The notes under the pieces were generated by a model. The model was not told where the DNA came from. It worked only from the letters and a program-made list of their open reading frames with translations, and did no database searches. This document shows positions 57,864 to 64,000 of a DNA stretch of 64,000 nt, piece after piece (within the stretch, counting starts at the first letter, position 1; each line of letters opens with the position of its first letter). This stretch comes from a virus (lineage: Duplodnaviria; Caudoviricetes): the IMG/VR virus record IMGVR_UViG_3300014039_000012, positions 96,001-160,000 of that record; one strand, written 5' to 3'. The position numbers and the translations under genes were made by a program.

Positions 57864-58796
57864 TTAGTACGGATAACTTTTAAATGCTTCGTCTTTGTCG
57901 TGTTGTATATCGTTACTTAAATCTCTAAATCGTGTATATTTCTTGTTCGGGTTTATTTTGAAAAACGAAAGCAAATCGCTATAATACCATTCCGACATCG
58001 ACTCGGAACAATAATGTTCAAGGACTTCTTTTTCATCAATTGGTTCTTCGCAATGTTCTTGAACAATCTTCAACATATTATCTTCTTCGGTCTTTTGTTT
58101 TTCTCTTGAACGTTTTGATCTTTCTTCTTCTTTAGCCTGTTCTACTTCGTGCTTCCAATATTCGTATTTTTCTCTGTCGTCAATAATAGAGGAGATTTGT
58201 TCTTTAGACAATCCTGTGATCTTTTGAATCTCCGGATATTTTGTTCTTTTTCGATATAGTTGAACGACCTTGATCTTTATCTCTGCGGTAGCAGGGGGAG
58301 AAACCGCGCCAGCGGTCTGGGAAGGTTCGTCAGAACCACCCCTCTCGATCTCTGTCTCCTTCTCCTTCTCTCTATCTTTATCTATATCTTTTTCTTTATC
58401 TATATCATGGTTTTGACCCTTTTGACCCATTTTATTATATCGTTTTAAAGCGCATCGAATTGAGTCTTCTGTCAACCCCATTTTAGAAGCGATATCTTTA
58501 ATCGAATCTCCATTTTCTTTCAGGCGATAAATCTCATCATAATCCAATTCTTTTGGTCGTCCGCCCTTCTTTCCAGCTTCAACCGCTTTTCGATATTTCT
58601 CTTGTGCGGATTGAACATTCGGAAGACAACTGCCTTTTATCCAGCCAAGAATTAAGTCATTTTCTGTTTTGATTTCTCCTCGAATCGATAAATATACTAA
58701 CGCATAAATCGCTTCTTTAGCGAAATCAGTTCCCATCATTTTCTCAAACGCATCAATTGTTTCGAGCCAGCTCTCGTAAAATACCATATTTGCCAT
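57864..58796 (-). CDS. DUF6291-like N-terminus plus HTH protein (replisome-organiser-like)
   Basis: FYESW...Y......GKKGGRP, (DKE)n linker, two HTH-like segments. Confidence 0.55.
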   Translation of the reverse strand: MANMVFYESWLETIDAFEKMMGTDFAKEAIYALVYLSIRGEIKTENDLILGWIKGSCLPNVQSAQEKYRKAVEAGKKGGRPKELDYDEIYRLKENGDSIKDIASKMGLTEDSIRCALKRYNKMGQKGQNHDIDKEKDIDKDREKEKETEIERGGSDEPSQTAGAVSPPATAEIKIKVVQLYRKRTKYPEIQKITGLSKEQISSIIDDREKYEYWKHEVEQAKEEERSKRSREKQKTEEDNMLKIVQEHCEEPIDEKEVLEHYCSESMSEWYYSDLLSFFKINPNKKYTRFRDLSNDIQHDKDEAFKSYPY

Positions 58797-58870
58797 ACTT
58801 TAATCTCCTTTTAAAATGAATTTTTCTTTTAATTAATTTTAATATTTTGTTCATAATTGAACTCCTTTGA

Positions 58871-58939
58871 TTAGAATCTGTGAATTTCTATAAAAGCCAG
58901 AACTAATATCAATAATACCAAGATGCCAAAAGGTGACAT
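58871..58939 (-). CDS. 22 aa membrane peptide MSPFGILVLLILVLAFIEIHRF
   Basis: GGAGGT RBS; paralog of 54702..54767. Confidence 0.6.
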   Translation of the reverse strand: MSPFGILVLLILVLAFIEIHRF

Positions 58940-58973
58940 ATATTTTACCTCCAATCTTCTAAAATATCTATAT

Positions 58974-59004
58974 AAAAAGGAGACTGGATTTCTCCAGCCT
59001 CCTT
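58974..59004 (-). terminator. Intrinsic terminator (- strand)
   Basis: AAGGAGGCTGGA-GAAA-TCCAGTCTCCTTTTT. Confidence 0.8.
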
Positions 59005-59035
59005 GAATTTTAATAATTTGTTAATAATTTAATTG

Positions 59036-59410
59036 TCAGAGCTCGACCTTTTTTCCTCTACCGCAAATTCTTGCAAACGGGCAATAGAAAGACAGATAGC
59101 TATTCAAGTGTCTCCCAACCTGTTTGTTATCCCAGAGCACAAACATATATTCGAGGGCATTTGCAACAGACCAGAAATCACATCCGTCTTTAATTGCATA
59201 GATTCCGGATTTAAGAAGTTGTTTTAAAAACTCTTTCTCATAATGCGTTGCGGGCGCGACAAAGTCACTTTCATTTTCGGGGCGAACCCAAACTTCATCA
59301 GAAAACATATTCGCAAGTTTATTAACAATTTCTTGATCGATAGAGCTTTCTTCGTTTGCGTAGGTTTCGAAGAGATACTTCTGTTCTGCGGTTTTGTAAG
59401 TAGTAAGCAT
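59036..59410 (-). CDS. Hypothetical early protein
   Basis: RBS plus pseudoknot leader. Confidence 0.65.
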   Translation of the reverse strand: MLTTYKTAEQKYLFETYANEESSIDQEIVNKLANMFSDEVWVRPENESDFVAPATHYEKEFLKQLLKSGIYAIKDGCDFWSVANALEYMFVLWDNKQVGRHLNSYLSFYCPFARICGRGKKVEL

Positions 59411-59487
59411 AGTTTTAATCCTTTCTGCCGTTTTGTAAGAGGTTTGCGGTGACTCTAATTTTTAAATTTTAATAATTTGTTAATAAT

Positions 59488-59883
59488 TTAATATGTGAAA
59501 TCGACGAAGACCGGAGTGTCTTTCTTCAACATCCGTTCGTAGCTGATATCGTCCCGTCTTCCGCAGGAGTATTTCTTTTCGGAGCGATCGTAGTCGCCCT
59601 TCTCATAGACCTGCGAATCTTTCGGATTGGCAATCGGTTTCAAGGTGAACCAATCACCTTTCTTTAATGCTCCGAGAGTCAAGACAAAGTTCGGATTCTT
59701 TTCAACCCGGTGTTTGATTCGGAATGTTGTCTGCGGGCAATTTTCGCGATATTCTTTTAGCGTCTTTTTGGCTTCCGCGAGAGTGTATTCAGAGCATTCA
59801 ACGCTCCATTCGTTCCCGTAGAATCCTTCGATGTCATAACGGTCGATGGTCTTTCTGGTGTCGATAGTGGTTGTGGTTTTCAT
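59488..59883 (-). CDS. Hypothetical early protein (two-module)
   Basis: EA...LKEYREN.P module followed by an LKKGDWFT...YDRS.KKY module. Confidence 0.65.
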   Translation of the reverse strand: MKTTTTIDTRKTIDRYDIEGFYGNEWSVECSEYTLAEAKKTLKEYRENCPQTTFRIKHRVEKNPNFVLTLGALKKGDWFTLKPIANPKDSQVYEKGDYDRSEKKYSCGRRDDISYERMLKKDTPVFVDFTY

Positions 59884-59920
59884 AGTATTTCTCCCTTTTA
59901 ATAATTTGTTAATATTTTAA

Positions 59921-60181
59921 TTACCAATTTGTTCTCATGCATTCGTCCAACCAAACAACCCGATGTCCCCAACGGAAACCAGTTCTTCCGTCGTTGTTGG
60001 TGAAGACTTTTGATTTTTTCGGAGTTTCTTTCGTTCCGGCGATTTCGACAAAGTAGACAATTTCTTCCGATTCATCGATCTCGCAAATTTCCAATCCAAG
60101 TCCAGCAAGTCCTCCGTAGTAGGTCGCAATAGGGTCTTTCCCTTCGATGTGATTTTTGATTTCGGTTTTGGTGATTCTCAT
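59921..60181 (-). CDS. Hypothetical early protein
   Basis: AAAGGAG RBS; ends LDECMR. Confidence 0.65.
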   Translation of the reverse strand: MRITKTEIKNHIEGKDPIATYYGGLAGLGLEICEIDESEEIVYFVEIAGTKETPKKSKVFTNNDGRTGFRWGHRVVWLDECMRTNW

Positions 60182-60211
60182 AGCTTTATTCTCCTTTTTT
60201 AATTGTTTTGT

Positions 60212-60460
60212 TTATTTCTTTCTCATAGACAAAAGAACAAGCGCCTCAACTTCTTCTTCTGAAACGCCCTCGAGTTTATTCATATAATCGCAGCGTTCCT
60301 TTGCCATTTCAGCAGTCGGATAGAAGTTAAGAGGCCAATATCCATATTCACCTTTCATAACATAGATTGCAGCAGTCGGATCACTCGGAAGTGTCGTGTA
60401 AGCGCATTCGGGGAGATTTTCGGGATGCTCAAGCAACTCCATAAGTTTTTGTTTATTCAT
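60212..60460 (-). CDS. Hypothetical early protein
   Basis: LPE.AY...GE.GY.P...N...GVS...EA....SM. Confidence 0.65.
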   Translation of the reverse strand: MNKQKLMELLEHPENLPECAYTTLPSDPTAAIYVMKGEYGYWPLNFYPTAEMAKERCDYMNKLEGVSEEEVEALVLLSMRKK

Positions 60461-60513
60461 AATATTTTTCCTTTCTGGCCGTATATGTCCGATACCGCAG
60501 ACAAATTTTTAAT

Positions 60514-60822
60514 TTAGCAAATCACGAACCAAAGCTTCTTGTAGTTCTGTTCACAAAATTCAACATTGCTTAATTTATTTTTGTTAAAATCAGGATATGA
60601 AGGATCGTTATAAATTGTTCCATCGGGACTAAGACAGGAAATCCAATCTTGATATTTTTCGCATTCAGCAGCGTCTTTTTCATCGATAGTATAAGTAACG
60701 AAGTTTCCATAACCATTGTAATTAGAAACATAAATATGTTCGTCGTTATAATAAAGATCGTGACCTCTCTTGACAAAGTCGAGCATTTTCTTCGCGTTTT
60801 CAAAAGTAGCAAAATTTTTCAT
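60514..60822 (-). CDS. Hypothetical early protein
   Basis: RBS plus structured leader. Confidence 0.6.
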   Translation of the reverse strand: MKNFATFENAKKMLDFVKRGHDLYYNDEHIYVSNYNGYGNFVTYTIDEKDAAECEKYQDWISCLSPDGTIYNDPSYPDFNKNKLSNVEFCEQNYKKLWFVIC

Positions 60823-60877
60823 AGCATTTCCCTTCTCTCCGTATAACGCCGTTAGGTCAGCGTAATTTAATTATTGA

Positions 60878-61330
60878 TTACTGAATGGTTTCGCGCATTT
60901 CCTCAATCTGCTCTTCGGTAAAGCACCGATGAAGTTTCTCATTCTGCGCAAGACAAGCCTTCCAAATCTTCCGAGCTTTCGTGCGTTCGGACCCGGGCGT
61001 GTTGTCATATCCGTATTCCGAGCAAAACTCCTCGAAATCGTCATCCGCATAGCTGTCTCCTCCGAGGCAAGTCAAAATGTCATAAGCTGTCGGTTCTGCT
61101 TCCGCAATCTTTTCAGGGTCTTTCGATTGGAGCTTTTCCTTGTTTGCGATAGAATCCCAGAAAATTCCCCACATATGTCCGAGAGGGGTTTTGATGTCGT
61201 AACGGTAACGAGGGCGCAGAACTGAGTCCCAATTGGTATTTGCTGCGAGCCCAGTGTAAGTGAATTTCACGGTGATGTTGTGCTTCTTGCAGAAATTGTC
61301 GGCGATTTCGGTGTAGGTTGAGTGTCTCAT
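60878..61330 (-). CDS. Hypothetical early protein
   Basis: ATG 61330 after GAAAGGA; PTAYDIL.CL...FEEFCSEYGYD motif. Confidence 0.7.
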   Translation of the reverse strand: MRHSTYTEIADNFCKKHNITVKFTYTGLAANTNWDSVLRPRYRYDIKTPLGHMWGIFWDSIANKEKLQSKDPEKIAEAEPTAYDILTCLGGDSYADDDFEEFCSEYGYDNTPGSERTKARKIWKACLAQNEKLHRCFTEEQIEEMRETIQ

Positions 61331-61392
61331 AATATTTCCTTTCTTTTGCGATGGTATTATGCCGCCACCGCACGGCAAATTGATTTTGTTAA

Positions 61393-61408
61393 TGTTTCAC
61401 GTGAAACA
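61393..61408. promoter_or_regulatory. parS: parS site (host ParB/Spo0J-type)
   Basis: Perfect 16 bp palindrome TGTTTCACGTGAAACA, intergenic. Confidence 0.85.
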
Positions 61409-61410
61409 AT

Positions 61411-62301
61411 TTAGCCCTTGATTTCTTTCAGATAGTCTTTCCAGAGGGCGTCGGTCACTCCATATACGTTATGGATTGAATCGCAGCTGTTCGTTCTGCG
61501 TTCGTCAATATAGAACTTCCAAATATTTGTGAACGGAATTTCGATATCTTTGTCGCAACTGATGTCAAGCACGGAACCGCTTCCATCCCATGGGTTAAAT
61601 AGTCCGCAGGTTGTTCTCTTGTCAAGAACAATCGAACCGTTAGGATTGGACTTCATCTTTTCCTTCAGCTCGATTGCCTGTCCGAGCGTCATTTTTACGC
61701 AGAAAGTTAGTGCTTCGCAGCCGTAACCGTTGTCAATTTCTTGCTGAACAGTTTCGAGGAATGTTTTCGGTCTCTCAACGGGGTCTTTCTTTAAGATTTC
61801 AACAACTTCTTCGAAAGTATACCCTTGTTGTTTTGCCAACCAGACAAGCCCAGCTTTTTCAGCATTTTCATCGACTTTTCCATCTTCATCAACGATATGC
61901 TCATTTAGCCAGAAGTCATAATTGTCATCGCCATTTGAAACAACGATGTTAAAACAGAACTCCTGCGACAGAGCCCAGTCTTCCGGGTAGTCGACACAGA
62001 CGACATCCATAAATGCTTCTCGAATGTCCTCGTGTTCAAAGAGTTTTGATTCGATCTTTTCTTCGAAACCATCAACAATGTTGTCGGTGATATCCCATTC
62101 CTGCTCTTGATATCCATCCCAAAGCTTTTCAATCAGAATGTCTCGAGGAGAGTCATCCTCAAGGATTTCCTGCGCGGTTGAGTCGTCAATTTTATCTCGA
62201 TAATCGGTGTAAATTTCGAAATGATAATTTCCGTCTTTCTGTTTTGCATAGCCGTAGTTTTCTGCGAGAAATTCCTTTACGAGTTCATTAATGTCTTTCA
62301 T
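61411..62301 (-). CDS. Acidic hypothetical early protein
   Basis: 296 aa; LVWLAKQQGY, CGLFNPWDGSGS. Confidence 0.7.
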   Translation of the reverse strand: MKDINELVKEFLAENYGYAKQKDGNYHFEIYTDYRDKIDDSTAQEILEDDSPRDILIEKLWDGYQEQEWDITDNIVDGFEEKIESKLFEHEDIREAFMDVVCVDYPEDWALSQEFCFNIVVSNGDDNYDFWLNEHIVDEDGKVDENAEKAGLVWLAKQQGYTFEEVVEILKKDPVERPKTFLETVQQEIDNGYGCEALTFCVKMTLGQAIELKEKMKSNPNGSIVLDKRTTCGLFNPWDGSGSVLDISCDKDIEIPFTNIWKFYIDERRTNSCDSIHNVYGVTDALWKDYLKEIKG

Positions 62302-62368
62302 AGTATTTTCCTTTCTGCGGTTTTGAAGAGGTTTTCCGCAAACTCTAATTTTTAATTTGTTTTAGTGA

Positions 62369-62842
62369 TTAACCAAACAGAACTTCTCCAAAAAGCGAGA
62401 ATTGAACAATGATGTCGGCAACTTCCGAATCAATCTGACAACAATTGAGCTGCCACTCTCCGAATCCATCTCCTTCGGGGACGAACCAGTTGTAATGAGA
62501 ATAATAACCTTCTTCAATTGCTTTTCGAATTCCGATGAAAAGCTTCTCGAGAGAGAGTAAATAATTTTTACCATTTTCGATATCTGTAACTTCCAGTTCT
62601 TTTCCATCAAAAAGAATTTGTGCGAAAATCTCTTCAAAGCAGACATCTTTCAAGTCTGCTCCTTGTTCGACAAGATGTTTCTTCGCTTCGGAGTAGTCGT
62701 TGTCGTTAGCGGAAACGGCCGCCCAGTATCCAACCCCGCCATTTACGGCGGAGCAGACAATATCCAAAACATCTTCTTTTGTGATTTTAACTTGAATTGT
62801 CGGTTTCAGAATTGCGCAAGTTTTATTCCATTTCAATTCCAT
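62369..62842 (-). CDS. Hypothetical early protein
   Basis: GGVGYWA...ID...ADIIVQFSLFGEV.FG phage motif. Confidence 0.7.
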   Translation of the reverse strand: MELKWNKTCAILKPTIQVKITKEDVLDIVCSAVNGGVGYWAAVSANDNDYSEAKKHLVEQGADLKDVCFEEIFAQILFDGKELEVTDIENGKNYLLSLEKLFIGIRKAIEEGYYSHYNWFVPEGDGFGEWQLNCCQIDSEVADIIVQFSLFGEVLFG

Positions 62843-62843
62843 A

Positions 62844-63317
62844 TTAGAACACCACCTTTTCAATAATTTCGATTTCGTAACGATCTTCGGACCAGAATCC
62901 TTCCTGATAAACGGAGAAGTAATATTCGCCTTCATCGACAACTTTATTGTCAAGTTCCATCAAATGGTCATTTGCCTTCTCGTCGGCGACACATTCATCG
63001 AAATAGGCTTTTGCCTTTTCGCGCGTTGAGAAAACTTTCATTTCGGTGTCGGTTGAACCGTCAATTGTCGCATCAACTTTAACAATGTAAACGAAAGTCG
63101 GCTTATTCTCTTCTGAATTGAAAATCTTGTCGGCAAGGTCACTTGCCTTCGCGTCTTCGGGATCGTCATCATCGAGAATGCGCATATCTCCAGTTGAAAT
63201 TCCACATTCTTGACATTGGTAATCGATCGCATCTTTTGCGTAATCGATCGTTCCTTTGTCCATCTCGATTGCACGGTCGTCCTCCACGAACAGTTCAGCC
63301 AAAATTCTTCTTTCCAT
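62844..63317 (-). CDS. Acidic hypothetical early protein
   Basis: RBS plus pseudoknot leader. Confidence 0.65.
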   Translation of the reverse strand: MERRILAELFVEDDRAIEMDKGTIDYAKDAIDYQCQECGISTGDMRILDDDDPEDAKASDLADKIFNSEENKPTFVYIVKVDATIDGSTDTEMKVFSTREKAKAYFDECVADEKANDHLMELDNKVVDEGEYYFSVYQEGFWSEDRYEIEIIEKVVF

Positions 63318-63393
63318 AGTATATACCTTTCTTCGGTTTTGTTGAGGTTTGCCGAAAACTCATAATTTTTAGTTGGTGGTTTTGTGATTATGA

Positions 63394-63687
63394 TTAATCG
63401 ATATTGTCGAACACTGCTGTCGCAATTGCCTGTTTGGAATTTCCGGTTACGCAAACTCCACGGCTCAACCGGTCGAGAGAGTCGAGGAAGAAGACATATT
63501 CTTCTCCATTTGTGTAAACAACATAGGTGCATCCATACCAACCGCTGTTAGAGTTAGCAACGGCCGGAGAAAGAAACATCTCGACATATGCGCTCTTGTC
63601 GAGTTGGGATTTATTCATTTCGTGCCAAGTAGCGCGGACGTAGCCCTTTTCCTCAAGTTCGCGGGGGTAAACTTTGTTCTGTTTCAT
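63394..63687 (-). CDS. Hypothetical early protein
   Basis: RBS plus structured leader. Confidence 0.65.
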   Translation of the reverse strand: MKQNKVYPRELEEKGYVRATWHEMNKSQLDKSAYVEMFLSPAVANSNSGWYGCTYVVYTNGEEYVFFLDSLDRLSRGVCVTGNSKQAIATAVFDNID

Positions 63688-63737
63688 ATTTATTTCCTTT
63701 CTGCTCGTTTAATGGTCGAATCGCCCAACCAATTTGA

Positions 63738-63998
63738 TTAATTAATACTTTCGATGTGTGCGGGAACGAAACGGAACCGAGTGTATCTCGGATATTCCAG
63801 ATAATTGTCGAATTCCTGTGCCGTCATTCTACCGATGAGACTTTCCATCTGATTTCTGTAGAACGGACCTGCGAGAAAATAGAAGCATTTGCTTTCGATT
63901 TCCCTTCCGGTTTCCTCATCGAAATAGATGAAAAGTTTCGCAGAATGTTTCAAACCATCATCATAGTAGAATCCGATGTCTTCGATTCTGCGAATTTT
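63738..63998 (-). CDS. Hypothetical protein, 5' end outside window
   Basis: Frame of 63738..63953 is open to the window edge. Confidence 0.5.
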   Translation of the reverse strand, partial: KIRRIEDIGFYYDDGLKHSAKLFIYFDEETGREIESKCFYFLAGPFYRNQMESLIGRMTAQEFDNYLEYPRYTRFRFVPAHIESIN

Positions 63999-64000
63999 GT

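Larger units (their letters stand above)
56272..63731 (-). ncRNA. Family of ten pseudoknot/hairpin 5' leader elements directly upstream of RBSs
   Basis: Copies at 56272-56300, 57199-57214, 57779-57811, 59426-59457, 60476-60503, 60836-60863, 61347-61377, 62316-62347, 63332-63362, 63702-63731. Both stems covary. Confidence 0.75.

Noticed and set aside
57779-63362. Calling the class 1 leaders preQ1-I riboswitches
   Set aside because: Topology and the A-rich tail are similar, but the conserved ligand-contact loop sequence is not evident and the downstream genes are unrelated to queuosine.

Overview
A 64 kb segment of a large, AT-rich, tailed dsDNA phage of a Firmicutes (probably Clostridia) host. 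The host call rests on sigmaA promoters TTGACA-17-TATAAT, AAAGGAG ribosome binding sites, a clostridial-type fhs and a Firmicutes parS site. Standard genetic code; no structural genes are in this window. 1-44 kb (+ strand) holds an SPbeta-like replication module: AAA ATPase, small accessory protein, DnaB helicase, primase, and a DnaE polymerase split by one LAGLIDADG intein and two ORF-less group I introns. It also holds a Cas4-like nuclease, RecD2, RNA repair genes (Rnl1, PNK-HD), folate one-carbon genes (fhs, folD), a nicotinamidase, a macrodomain, ClpP, a beta-CASP nuclease and many small accessory genes. 44.3-46.6 kb is an origin-like non-coding region. 48-50.6 kb is a tRNA/ncRNA cluster with four tRNAs, tRNA-like folds and an orphan IS200/IS605 (TnpB omegaRNA-like) right end. 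The strands converge at about 54.4 kb. 54.7-64 kb (- strand) is an early-type array of small genes. The most striking non-coding signals are: (1) ten covarying pseudoknot/hairpin leaders abutting the Shine-Dalgarno sequences of the - strand genes; (2) 22 copies of CCGCTCCC confined to 46.1-54.2 kb; (3) seven promoters whose -35 box sits at the apex of a covarying terminator-like hairpin; (4) a tnpB-less omegaRNA-like module and neighbouring RNAs with tails antisense to translation starts of phage early genes; (5) a perfect host-type parS. All calls were made by eye; no database search was run.
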